DNA from: Mobula hypostoma
Taxonomy: Eukaryota
DNA length: 64,000 nt
Direction: 5' to 3'
Assembly (NCBI RefSeq): GCF_963921235.1
Contig: NC_086097.1
Coordinates: 211,112,001 to 211,176,000, forward strand
Below are positions 10,779 to 24,358 of the stretch, piece by piece. The position numbers and the translations under genes were made by a program. Below the pieces are notes generated by a model. The model did not search any database. It was given only the letters and a program-made list of their open reading frames with translations, and had not been told where the DNA came from. How positions within the stretch are numbered: the stretch's first letter is position 1; the number at the start of each line of letters is the position of its first letter.

Positions 10779-11636
10779 TGTTACGTACCCCGTAACTGGG
10801 TTGCCAAACCAGCAGAAATGGATCACTCAGTTGGAGTCTGGAGTACTAGAACTAAGAAAGTTTTATTAAAGAGACAAGCAACACAGTAATCGAAAGGATA
10901 ATAAATGCAACAATTCAACAATGATAACCACACATGTGCACAGAATTAAGATAACAGCACCAATCAAGCTCTATCGTTGTCTAGGGGTTAAATGACCAAT
11001 TTCAAAATGACTCAAAGTTCAGTCCAGTTTGTAGTTCAGTTCGCAGTAATCGTTGCCATGGCGATGGACAAGGTGGGGGGAGAGAGACAGAATGGGAACA
11101 ACTGATCATTCAGCACAGCTTCACTCACAGACCAGCGAGATGGCTCACAAACAGCTTTTGGGCAGGTCCTTGGTGATGTCACCTGAGGTCACCGACTGTG
11201 ACCCCTCCTCCAGATGCGGTCGATCCTCTGCAGTGAACCCGGCACCCAGGCAAGGGCGGACACACACCGGGTTCCCGCTGATCGTACCTGTCCACCCTTG
11301 TCGTTGTCTGGGACTTCTCACCCACTCGTGAGAAGCGCACCGCTTCCAGGGTCTCGTTACCTCGGGTGGCGTGTGTGTCTGTCTTAGCGAACCTGTCCCT
11401 TTTTATCCCCCTGCTGGGGTATCGCCTGTCCATCACTTCAAACAGTTCAGGGCTCAAAGGGGGGAGCCGCTCCAGACAGCTCTTCCTCCCACATCCCTTC
11501 ATTACACATCTCCAGACGCTGCTCCATTGTTCCTTATCTCTCCTTCCCCTGAGGGCAGGTGGCAGACCAACTGCTGATGCCACTGATGCTAGCCCAGGCC
11601 AGCAAACATCTTAATTTTATGTGTATTCTCGTAACA
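10779..11636 (-). repeat. 5' LTR (858 bp)
   Basis: Direct repeat of 6649-7506. Confidence 0.97.
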
Positions 11637-12589
11637 GGGATCACAAAGTCGAGGAAAGAGGACCGGGTCGAGACAACAGAGACTTATGGAGAAGAGGAGT
11701 TCAGTGGGTAATAAAATGGACGAGTTCACAGCGCTAGCCAGGCATCAGAGAACATTTCAGGAGTGCAGTGTGATGTGTTTCACTGGAACGGGGCTGCACG
11801 AGGACATACCCGATCAAAACTTTTCCATGGACGGCTTCCGACCGTTCGGGCTGACCGGAAGTGCACTGAGAGCGGTAAGCGTAAAGGAGTTGGGTGCTTA
11901 CTGTTCTGGTTAACAATAAATGGTGCAATCCAGGTCATATTACGATGGAGGAACGTGTTTGTAGACTGGATATTGAACTTTTTACTGTTGGACTTCGGCC
12001 ATATTTCACCGAGATACAACACTGGGCGTCATGGGAGATCGTTCCTCCCTGTGGCCATCGAACTTGCAGCTCCTCCCGTGGAGGGTCAGACACCCTGAGC
12101 CAATAGAGTGGTCCAGGACTTATTTTCCATCTGACATAGTTTGCTTTTGTTGTTTGATTGTTTGTGTTTTTGTATTGCTATATTTACGCTCTATTCTTGG
12201 TTGGTGTGGCTGTAACAAAACCTAATTTCCCGCGGGATCAATAAAGTATACCTATCTATCTATCTATCTATCTAAGTAGATAGTGGCATGAAGCATTGGG
12301 CCAAAGGGATCTGATCCATTCTGTATCTCCAAATCAAAATAAATAAACCAGCTATATTATTTCTCTCTCCACAGGTACCAATTGACCTGCTGATTATTTG
12401 CAGTATTTTCTGTTTTTAATTTGGATTCCGAGCAGTATTTTGCATATTGGGATTAAGTATTACAGTCAGTCAGTATTCGGAGGCAGCTCACATGTTGGGT
12501 AGAGTAGAAAGAGAAACAGATAAGAGAGAGCAGAAAAGGTGGAAAATTTAGGGAATGAAATGAAAGTTAAAATCTCCAGATGAAAACTA

Positions 12590-12950
12590 AGGGACATTTG
12601 AATCAAGTTTATTATCGGTGACATATCTTATGAAATGTGTTGCTTTGCAGCGGTAACACAGCGGAAGAGTGTGGGTCTCCAGGCTCCTGTACCTCCTCTC
12701 CAAGGCGAAGAAGCCATGTCCCAGATCATCAGCATCTTTAAGCATTGCCACTTGACGGTGTTGGGGAGGTTTGTGTCTGGGGTGGAGCAGGGTGAATACA
12801 AAACCCTCTGTATCCTCTTGTGATGCTGTGCATTGGATGCTCTGTGCCAGTACATGAAGCAACCAGCCAGAATGCACTCCAGAACACATCTGTAGGAATT
12901 GCCAAGCGACATAAGAAAGAGTTGTGGCCTGTGACTTCCATGGTACATTT
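12590..12950 (-). mobile_element. Decayed Rex1-type 3' fragment
   Basis: Minus strand YRCVLECILAGCFMYW and RRYRSLETHT, homologous to the C-terminus at 63097-63504. Confidence 0.6.
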
Positions 12951-13739
12951 CAATGTCAACAGCATCACGTGCAGAAAAAGAGTGAAAACTAAGGCTTGGT
13001 GAACATCAAGCCGCTCTTTTTGAACCTTATTGTTCCTTGTCACACTTTTTAGCAGTCTCTGAGATGCTGCTGTCACACCTACAGTCCACCAAAGATTTAC
13101 TCTTGGTTTCTGAGACGATTCAAGAGATTGATCATAAAACTACATGGATGCACACTGAAGGTACAAGCATTTCTTTGCAGGTTGTCTATCTGCTGCCAGC
13201 ATTTTCCTTTTCAATAAACAATGTGCTGGAAGAAATCAGTGGGCTGAGCAGTTTCCGTGGGAGGAAAGAGCTTGTTGATGTTTTGGGTAAAAATCTTGCA
13301 TCAGAACCTTACCTTTTTTTCTCCCTCTCTTCACCTGCGAGAAGAGCACTTCTCTTTCAATTTGCCAATCGCCCAATTTTGCTTGGGCACCAGGGAGGCC
13401 TTCTGATGGCTTGCTCCTCACTTGTTTCCTTATGCTACCCTTTCAGTGTGCCTTGTGGAATTTTTTTCTGAACACCACAGGATCTCTGATGATGAAGAAG
13501 CTGATATTCTTAAGGTTAGAAGCTTCACAAACCCCCACAAATCCACATGATTCTAAGAGACTTGAAAATTGCCAGCATTTTTACAATGTTTTAAAAAGAA
13601 AGTAAATCAGTGTGGAAGTTATTAACACATTGCCTTTCTGGGGGGGAAAACTCTAAGAACTAATTACTTCAAGGAAATTCTGCTGGAATCTCAGCGCATT
13701 TTCAGGCTAGCACTTTGATGTGATCTTTAATGCCTGTCA

Positions 13740-14490
13740 AATTCAGGAGAGGTCATGGGAACAAAGTAACAATCTTTACAAGCCCTTCATTAATTTACCA
13801 TTGACTCTATCAATTGTGAAATTTGGTGTAAAGTCCTGGGCATGTTGGAGGGAATTATGAAGGACAGGATCTACCAGCATTTGGATAGATGGAATCTAAT
13901 TAGGAAGAATCAGCATGGCTTTATATCTGAGAGGTCATGCTTGGTGAAGCTTTTAGAGTTTTTGAAATAACCAAAAGGATAGAATGGTGTCTATTTAGAT
14001 TTTAGTAATGTCTTCATCAAGGTCTCACAAAGTCTGATACATTATTTCCCATGTAATCCAGGGAGAGCTGATTATGGATTCAAAATCAGCTTGGAGGTAA
14101 GAAGCAGAGGATGGTGGTTGAAAGTTGTTTCTCGGAATGGAGACCAGTGACCAGTGGTGGGACCTTAATTATTATTTGGTGCAAATGCACAATCTTGATC
14201 AGTATGTTTGCAGATGATAAGAAATTAGGAGTTGATAGTGAAGAGGGTTCTCGTAGATCATAAGGGGAAGAGTTTCCCTATCTTGATCAGTTAAGGAAGT
14301 GGTAAATGGATCTCAGTATCACTAAGTGGTGCATTCTGGAAAGTCAAAACAGTATAGGATTTATACCATGAATGGTCGGGCACAAGGTAGTGTAATGGAA
14401 CAGAGGACTTACGGCTTAAAGTGCATTGTTTGTTTTAAGTGGCATTGTGGATATTGAACAGGGTGGTGAGCAAGGCATTCAGCATGCTAA
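13740..14490 (+). mobile_element. Old CR1 RT fragment
   Basis: Decayed QHGF..GRSCL...VYLDFS...FADD nucleotide motifs (aatcagcatggcttt, gtttgcagatgataa). Confidence 0.7.
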
Positions 14491-17255
14491 ATGGATTAAG
14501 CAGCATTTTGAAGCAAATGAAATAGCCAATAAAGAATTTCTGTGTTGCTGATTGCAATACAAGGAAAAGCATACAGTTGGCTTAGGAGTTTAACTGCTCC
14601 AAGCAAACCAGTATAAATGAAGAAAGAAGTAATCATGAAAGTAATGCAAGAATATTTAAAACTGAAAACGTTGTTGATTAAAGAACGCTTTAGATTTCAT
14701 GAGCAGAATCAAAAGGAAAGGAGCCCACTTCAGTTTACATGGCTGAATTGAAGAAGTTGTCTGAACATTGTCAGATCAGTAATGGGCCTAATAATGCACT
14801 GAGAGATCATATAATTTGTGGAATCTTACAAGAAAGCTTCCAAAAATGGCTCCTAACTGAAGTGGAACTTACATTTAAAAGAGCAGGACAAATCACTGTA
14901 TCAAAGGAAACAACAGCCAAAGGGGCAATTGAGTTACAGTCAGGAATGAAAGTGAACATGAACAAAATTGCAATGTCTAAACAGAAACCCCCCTATCCAA
15001 ACAAATTGTGTTGCTGTTGTGGCAGGGGCTCACATGAACAAGACGAATGCAGGTTTAAAGGTGAAAACTGCAGCAAATGCAATGAAGTAGGACATATACA
15101 AAGAGCAGGTCAGACAGACAAAACTAAATGGACTGCACAGGGAAGAGAAACAGATAAAAAGTCAAATTACAGTTTCTGAAAGAGCACTCATCTGCATGCT
15201 GTTGATGAAAAATCTGATAAGGATGAGAGCGACAAAGGACTAAGTAGCTTTAAGATATAGAGTATGAAAACTAACAAGAGACCAGCAATATGACTCACAC
15301 CAGAAGTGAACAGCAAATTAATTAAAATGGAATTGGACATCGGCTCGGCTGTTTCAGTCATTCCACAAAACGTGTTTAAATGCCATTTCAAAGATATTGA
15401 GCTGAAATCTACAGATATCCAACTAAGAAATTATACTGGAGAAAAGGTAACTCCTGTGGGAATGATATTTGTGTCAGTGAAATGCAGCAACTAACAAGCC
15501 ACATTGGGCGTGTATGTGGTAAAAACAGGAGGGTCATCATTGGCTGAGAAAACTCCAACTTGATTGGAGGACCATCCACCATTTGTATGACTTCTCCACT
15601 GAAACAGAGTCAACTGAAAGCGAACTAAGAAAGATACTGGGTGGTGTCACAGTAGTGTTCAAGGATGGCCTTGGAAAACTCAAACATATCATGGATAAAA
15701 TAGAGTTAAATAAAAATGCCACACCCAAGTTTTACAAAGCCCATCCGGTCCCTTATAACATCCATGAAAAAGTAACCAATGAGATAGTTTGCATGAAGGC
15801 TGAAGGAATTATTTTCAAGTTTATGTGGAGCCCATGGGCAAGGATAATAGTCCCAGTAGCCAAGAAGGGTGGGTCTATCAGAATCTGTGGTGATTTTAAG
15901 GTGCCATCAATTCAATACTGAAGGTAGATCAATGCATTCTGCAGACGATAGAAGACATCTTTGCAAACCTTTCTGGAAGGAAATACTTCAGCAAAGTGGA
16001 CTTAGCTGAGGCCTATCTACAGATGAAGAGAGAAGAAAAGTACAAAATGCTTCTCATTACAAACACACACAAAGGGCTTTATCACTATAGTAGGCTTATT
16101 TATGGAGTGGCATAAGCACATGCACTCTGACAGAAAGCTATGAACCAGGTGCTGCAAGGCTGCCAGACACTCAGTGTTTCCTCGATAGCATCATTATTAC
16201 TGGTGAGGATGACAAAGAAAATCTCCAAAATTTCAAAATATTGTTAAAAAGATTAGAAGGTTATGGGCTCAGAGCATGATGCAACAAGTTTGAATTCTTC
16301 AAACCAAACATCACTTACTGTGGTCACATAATTGATGCACAAGAACTACACAAGAGTGCTGAGAAAATTCAAGCAGTGCTAGATGCTCCAAGGCCAAAAG
16401 ATGTGTTACTATAACAGATTTTTACCAAACCTGGCAACCGTGCTCCACCCCTTAAACTCAATACTGCAGATCAGAAAGAAACGTCAAAGGACAAAGCAGT
16501 CTGAGATTTCTTTCCAAAAGGCAAAGAAAATACTGACTTCAGAAAATGTACTCATTCATTTTGATCCCATTGTCCAGTGAAGCTTGCCTGTGCTGCTCTA
16601 CCTTATGGTGTAGGTGCAGCCATGTCACGTGGTATGAGTGATGGAAGTGAAGGGCCCATGGCTTTTGCATCACATTCCGTTACTGCTGCTGAGAAAAATT
16701 ACACACAGATTAACAGAGAGGCCGTGACTATGGTTTGCAGTGTAAAACATTTCAGCCAGTACCTGTATGGGAGAGAGTTTACCCTCATTACTGATCATCA
16801 ACCACTCATGTCCATTTTTCAATCTATAGAAGGATATTCCAGCATGAATGCGGAGATAGGTACTGTTTCTTGGAGGGCACAGATAAAGTTTGAATTTAAG
16901 AGGATGACTAATCATAGAAAGGCTGATGGATTGTCCTGTGTGCCCTTGGAGAAGGAAGTAACTGAAAAATGTACAAAAGTGTACACCCCTCTTGACATAT
17001 TTCCCCTAAACCAAACTGATTGTCTTTCTATTATGGCAAAGATGATTCAAGGGGAAACCAGAAAAGACCCAGATCTACATGGTCATCCAAAATGGCTGGA
17101 ATATGTAGCAGAAGTTCCAGTTCCCCCATTTTTACCTGTGCTAGGATGAATTTGCCCTTGATGGAGGTTGTCTTATGTGGAGATTGAGAGTGTTGTGCCA
17201 TCCAAGCTGAGAACTATAATTTGGAGGAGCTACATGCCAGTCATGAAGGTTTAGT

Positions 17256-18123
17256 TGTTATGTGACCACGGGTTTCGTTTACTGTGGGCGTCACTTTAAG
17301 CGCTGGACGAGGCTGGAGTATGACGTCAGTATAACAAAATGCAGATTACTGCTGGGGGTGGGGGAGGAAGAGGAGGATGATGAGGAAGAGGACAAGGAGG
17401 ACGACGAGGACAACGAGGAGGAGGAGGACAACGAGGAGGAGGAGGTGGTGGTGGTGGTAGTGGAGGGAGGGAGAAAGAAAAAGTGAAGAAAAAAAAGAAA
17501 GAAAAAGAAAAGAAGACTTCAGACTGCGAGCAGGAACTTGCTACAGTAATGGGTGAAGTTTGACACTTTCCCATGCCCAAAGGATTGGGTAAATGAGCGG
17601 CACACAGTGCATATTGGATATGTGACTGTCACTTCTTATGATCCATACGTGAATTTTTGGAGTATTCTGTGGCGACCACTTTCATTAACATGGATTCGGG
17701 TGTGTTATGTGGTGACCACTTGTACTAAGGAATATTCCGTGACTGTCACCTTGTAATACTTCTACGTGGATTTCAGAATACAATTCGACAGCTGAGATCT
17801 TCAGTGACTGTTACTTCGTTTTCCCAGCGTGGAACCCGTGGAATTCTTCGTGATCGCTTCCTCGTTGCATTTTAATGTGGATTTACAAGTTTCTCCCCTC
17901 ACCTATTCCGTGGATAGCTGAAACTTTTCAGCTTCCGTCTTAAAACTTTAGGAACTGCTCCTAAGCCTGACTGTTTGGGAGGCACAAACGCATAACACTG
18001 TTAACTTCTGTTTAGAAGAGTAGTTTGTTTAATTTTCTATATTTTGAGTAGATACTAATAAATATAGTGGTTTAACATTAAACCCTGGCTCAGTTTGTGG
18101 TCTATTGCTGCTGATACGTAACA
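17256..18123 (+). mobile_element. Solo LTR (868 bp) inserted in the Gypsy integrase zinc-finger
   Basis: TGTTA...TAACA termini; TSD TAGT at 17252-17255 and 18124-18127; host reads LEELHASHEGLV|KMEAL; AATAAA at about 18057; GA-rich low-complexity tract at 17360-17515. Confidence 0.85.
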
Positions 18124-19609
18124 TAGTCAAAATGGAAGCTTTGTCTTGTAGCCTGGTATAGATCAGCAAATCGAGCAGCTCACCATGCACTGTTTGTGAT
18201 GTCAACTTATCCAGAAGATGCCATCCCTGGGAATGGCCTGCACTTCCCTGGCAGAGGGCTCATGTGGATTTTCCAGGACCATTCACGTGCACAAATGACT
18301 TAATAGTAATGGATTCAACTATAAAGTGGCCAGAAGTGTTCCCAGAAGCATCCACTACAGGCTCACACATTGTTAATGTTTTGAGAATCCTCTTCTCTGG
18401 ACTGGTGTACCAGAACACTGAGTGACAATGGACCACAGGTTGTTGCAGAGCAGTTTCAGTCATTCCTGAAAATGAATAAAATAAGACAAATTACATCTGC
18501 ACCGTACCACACAGCTACAAACGACTGTGCAAAAAGGTTTGTCTAGAGTCTAAAGAACGCACTGTGAGCAATGTCAGCAGAACACCCTACACTAACACTG
18601 ATTCAGAAGATTGCCAATTTCCTTCTTGAACATCAAAATGCTGTACACACCACAATCCACAACTCACCAGCTATGCTGTTCCTGGGCCTTCCCTCGTTCT
18701 CATGCTTGGATCTGCTCAAACCCAATCTCAGAAGGAATACGCGGGACAAACTTCTGAGACAAACTGAGGGCTATTCAAACAAGGAAGTTTATTGGTTCAC
18801 CCTTGGACAAGCTGTCATGGCGAGAGACTAGAGGAGACAAAAAGTGGGTACTTGGAAATGTTAAGGACGGAACTGGAATACTCTTCAACATAGTGGAGAT
18901 TGTGTCTGATGTCATATGGAGATGCCACATCAATTAGTTGAGGAGAGCAGACTCGGTTGTTAGAGAAGATTTATGTCCAAAACTGTCAGAGCCACTTCCA
19001 GGAGTCCACTCCTATAACCACCATGGAGGAGGCCCCAGAACCTGAGATTGTTTCACAGCCACAAGTCTCACCTGCCAAGGAGTGACACCGCCCACCCACA
19101 CTCACCACCTGTCAGGAAAGACATATCCCATAAGTAAGAAATCCTCCACAGCAATTAAATATTTAGGCCTGAGTGGGACAATTTAAAATTTGCTATGCTG
19201 TGGATGTCTATATAATAGTTGTGTTACATAGTACAGGGATCCCCAACCTTTTTTGCACCGCAGACCGGTTTAATATTGACAATATTCTTGCAGACCGGCC
19301 GACAGGGTGAGGGGGTGGTGTTGTTAATCATGACTGGAATATAGGTGATAAGTCAACTATAAGTCACATTTAAGTGACTAATACACTCAATTTCGTTTCT
19401 AAAAGGGTTTATCTAATGAATTTAATATTAAACACACAGCGCATATTTTACTCGCATGAATATAGTGACAAGTCAATTATAAGTCACTTATAAGTCAATA
19501 GCATCATAACATTTTAAGTAACATTTGGATATTAAACACACAGCGCATAATTTCCTCGTATAAACATATAAAATCATTGCAACACACCAATATCGCTGAA
19601 TCAGTGGGA

Positions 19610-20682
<1,073 letters not shown>

Positions 20683-20777
20683 ACAACAGGAATTCTGCAG
20701 ATGCTGGAAATTCAAGCAACACACATAAAAGTTGCTGGTGAACACAGCAGGCCAGGCAGCATCTCTAGGAAGAGGTG

Positions 20778-20815
20778 CAGTCGACGTTTCAGGCCGAGAC
20801 CCTTCATCAGGACTA
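20778..20815 (-). ncRNA. Minimal type I hammerhead ribozyme motif in the Penelope terminal repeat
   Basis: Minus strand TAGTC-CTGATGA-AGGGTCTCGGCCT-GAAA-CGTC-GACTG; helix I TAGTC/GACTG; palindromic ACGT in place of helix III. Confidence 0.78.
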
Positions 20816-21532
20816 ACTGAAGGAAGAGTGAGTAAGGGATTTGAAAGTTGGAGGGGGAGGGGGAGATCCAAAGTGATAGGAGAAGACAGGAGGGGGAAGG
20901 ATGGAGCCAAGAGCTGGACAGGTGATTGGCAAAAGGGATACGAGAAGATCATGGGACAGGAGGTCCGGGAAGAAAAACAAGGGGGGGGGCCCAGAGGATG
21001 GGCAAGGGGTATATTCAGAGGGAGAGAGGGAGAAAAAGGAGAGTGAGAGAAAGAATGTATGTATAAAAATAAGTAACAGATGGGGTACGAGGGGGAGGTG
21101 GGGCCTTAGCGGAAGTTAGAGAAGTCGATGTTCATGCCATCAGGTTGGAGGCTACCCAGACGGAATATAAGGTGTGGTTCCTCCAACCTGAGTGTGGCTT
21201 CATCTTTACAGTAGAGGAGGCCGTGGATAGACATGTCAGAATGGGAATGGGATGTGGAATTAAAATGTGTGGCCACTGGGAGATCCTGCTTTCTCTGGCA
21301 GACAGAGCGTAGGTGTTCAGCAAAGCGGTCTCCCAGTCTGCGTCAGGTCTCACCAATGTATAAAAGGCCACATCGGGAGCACCGGACGCAGTATATCACC
21401 CCAGCCGACTCACAGGTGAAGTGTTATCTCACTTGGAAGGACTGTTTGGGGCCCTGAATGGTGGTAAGGGAGGAAGTGTAAGGGCATGTGTAGCACTTGC
21501 TCCGCTTACAAGGATAAGTGCCAGGAGGGAGA

Positions 21533-22456
21533 TCAGTGGGGAGGGATGGGGGGGATGAATGGACAAGGGAGTCGCGTAGGGAGCGATCCCTGCGGAATGC
21601 GGAGGGGGGAGGGAAAGATGTGCTTAGTGGTGGGATCCCGTTGGAGGTGGCAGAAGTTACCGAGAATAATATGTTGGACCCGGAGGCTGGTGGGATGGTA
21701 GGTGAGGAACAGGGGAACCCTATTCCTAGTGGGGTGGCGGGAGGATGGAGTGAGAGCAGATGTACGTGAAATGGGGGAGATGCGTTTAAGAGCAGAGTTG
21801 ATAGTGGAGGAAGGGAAGCCCCTTTCTTTAAAAAAGGAAGACATGTCCCTCGTCCTAGAATGAAAAGCCTCATCCTGAGAGCAGATGCAGCGGAGACGGA
21901 GGAATTGCGAGAAGGAGATGGCGTTTTTGCAAGAGACAGGGTGAGAAGAGGAATAGTCCAGATAGCTGTGAGAGTCAGTACGCTTATAGTAGACATCAGT
22001 GGATAAGCTGTCTCCAGAGACAGAAAGATCTAGAAAGGGGAGGGAGGTGTCGGAAATGGACCCGGTAAACTTGAGGGCAGGGTGAAAGTTGGAGGCATAG
22101 TTAATAAAGTCAACGAGCTCTGCATGCGTGCAGGAAGCAGCGCCAATGCAGTCGTCAATGTAGCGAAGGAAAAGTGGGGGACAGATACCAGAATAGGCAC
22201 GTAACATAGATTGTTCCACAAAGCCAACAAAAAGGCAGGCATAGCTAGGACCCATACGGGTGCCCATAGCTACACCTTTAGTTTGGAGGAAGTGGGAGGA
22301 GCCAAAGGAGAAATTATTAAGAGTAAGGACTAATTCCGCTAGACGGAGCAGAGTGGTGGTAGAGGGGAACTGATTAGGTCTGGAATCCAAAAAGAAGCGT
22401 AGAGCTTTGAGACCTTCCTGATGGGGGATGGAAGTATATAAGGACTGGACATCCAT
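21533..22456 (-). pseudogene. Penelope reverse transcriptase core
   Basis: 307-aa ORF with RT motifs including YIDD; frameshifted before the endonuclease. Confidence 0.88.
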
Positions 22457-23476
22457 GGTGAAAATAAAGCGGTGGGGGCCAGGGAACTTAAAATCATCGA
22501 AAAGTTTAAGAACGTGAGAAGTGTCACGAACATAGGTAGGAAGGGATAGAACAAGGGGGGATAAAACCGTGTCGAGGTATGCAGAAACGAGTTCGGTGGG
22601 GCAGGAGCAAGCTGAGACAATAGGTCGGCCAGGACAGACAGGTTTGTGGATCTTGGGTAGGAGGTAGAAACGGGAAGTGCGAGGTGTGTAAACTATGAGG
22701 TTGGTAGCAGTGGATGGGAGATCCCCTGAGCGGATAAAGTCGGTGATGGCGTGGGAGACAATGGCCTGGTGCTCCTTAGTGGGGTCACAATCGAGGGGTA
22801 AATAAGAGGAGGTATCCGCGAGTTGTCGCTGTGTAGAGGTCAGTATGCCAGACTACAACAGCACCCCCCTTATCGGCGGGTTTAATAGTAAGGTTAGGAT
22901 TAGTGCGGAGGGAGTGGAGAGCAGAGCGTTCCGAAGGAGTGAGGTTGGAATGGGGATAAGGTGCGGTGAAGTCGAGACGGTTGATGTCCCGTTGGCAGTT
23001 AGCGATAAAGAGATCCAGAGCAGGCGGAAGACCAGAGCGGGGTGTCCATGAAGAAGAGGAGGGTTGAAGACAGGAGAAGGGGTCATCGGTGGGGGTGGAA
23101 GAGTCCTTGCCGCAGAAGTAGGCTCGGAGACGGTGGAAGAGAAGTTCCGCATCATGGCAAACACGGAACTCGCTGAGATGTGGGCGAAGGGGGACAAAGG
23201 TGAAGCCCTTACTGAGGACAGAGCGCTCTGCCTCCGACAGTTGAAGGTCGGAGGGGATGGTAAAGACCCGGCACGGATGAGAGCTGGGATCAGAGGGGGG
23301 AGGCTGGGGGTGTCAATGGAGAGGAGAGGGTTGGGGTGAGAGGAAGATGGAGCCTCTGAGGACCCAGGAGCTGATGATGGGATCTGAAGGAGATGGGATT
23401 GCAGAGTATTGGTGGGGGAAGGGGAGACGGGAGTCACAATAGCAGCACATAAAGACCCGGCCTGGAGTTCAAGGCT

Positions 23477-24358
23477 TTAATCTTGAGAGCTCGGATCAGA
23501 GGGGGGAGGGGGGAGACTGGGGGTGTCAGTGGAGAGGGGACAGAAAGACCAGTCCAGTTTGCCTGACATGTAGTCATTCAAAGACTTGAATAGTTCTGCC
23601 CCAGTTGTGTTAGTTGGCAGTGGCAGTGCAAACAACATGTCCTTGTGCACATCGTCTTGAAATATATATCGCACATAAACCAGCAGTATTGCCTTGTTGT
23701 CGACATCGGTAGACTCGTCGACCTGGATAGCATACCATGGTGACTCGTTAAGCAGTTCCAACAGCTGTGCTTCGATGTCCTCCGCTATGTCATCGATTCT
23801 CCTTGAAACTGTGGTAGCTGAAAGAGAAACCTGTGCCATCTTGTTAGCTGCAGCTTCTCCCAACAGTTCATGGCACATGTCCTTGGCAGCAGGCAGAATC
23901 GATTCTTCACCTACAGTGAAAGGCTTCTTAGCCTTAGCAATACGACTAGCCACTAAGTACGACACTCTCAGAGCAGCAGCATTTGTGGAGCTGGTGGCTC
24001 TCAGCACTTGCTTCTGTCCCGCTTGCTCACGTTTTATCCGCTCAAAAAACTCGACGGGTTTGTCTTTAAGTGCAGGGTGCTTGGACTCAAGGTGTCGAAG
24101 CAGTTTTGAGGGCTTTATTGCCTCATTAGACAGATTGTCTCCACATACCACACATGGGGGGCTTGGAGCGTGTGAGTCACCGGTCGCAATAGAGCCATAT
24201 TTTATATACGACTCATCGTATTTTCTGTTGAAGGAAGCTTTCTTTTTTTTTGCCGTCTCGGCCTCAGCTGTCTCTGTGTTATCATCATCGTTAGGCCTTT
24301 TTTGTACCCTACCACCCCTTCCAAAGAAACTCTCAAGCGACGTTTGTTTTTTACCCAT
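23477..24358 (-). pseudogene. hAT transposase N-terminal half (BED finger plus first catalytic Asp), with about 20 C-terminal aa from Penelope
   Basis: MGKKQTSLESFF...CVVCGDNLSNEAIKPSKLLRHLESKH...AIQVDESTDV. Confidence 0.88.

Larger units (their letters stand above)
6649..11636 (-). mobile_element. Gmr1-like Ty3/Gypsy LTR retrotransposon, structurally complete but non-autonomous and very young
   Basis: Two 858-bp LTRs (TGTTAC...GTAACA); TSD GGGA at 6645-6648 and 11637-11640; PPT and PBS present; remnants in PR-IN-RT order. Confidence 0.93.
6309..12273 (+). mobile_element. Internally deleted Rex1/Babar element (6309-6648 plus 11641-12273), interrupted by the LTR element
   Basis: APE N-terminus (NKMDEFTALARHQRTFQECSVMCFT...NNKWCNPGHI...VGLRPY) joined at about 12006 to the C-terminus (PRYNTGRHGRSFLPVAI); AATAAA then (TATC)n tail at 12252-12273. 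Confidence 0.75.
20683..23541 (-). mobile_element. Penelope-like element (RT plus GIY-YIG), 5'-truncated
   Basis: RT motifs MDVQSLYTSIPH, GVAMGTRMGPSYA, LRYIDD; Cys-rich linker; GIY-YIG GVIYCVRCSRCGLLYIGET at about 21345-21400 with stop codons nearby; TSD AGAAAGACCAG at 20672-20682 and 23542-23552. Confidence 0.92.

Noticed and set aside
13053..13160. Possible 108-nt exon within ORF 13037..13471
   Set aside because: No recognisable homology, modest donor site, and the ORF runs into repeat-derived sequence
17262..17580. Poly-Glu/Asp and poly-Pro ORFs
   Set aside because: Translations of a low-complexity tract inside a solo LTR
23281..23540. About 50-bp imperfect direct repeat near the Penelope 5' end as a possible LTR
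   Set aside because: Lacks the terminal-repeat and ribozyme sequence; looks like an internal repeat of the element
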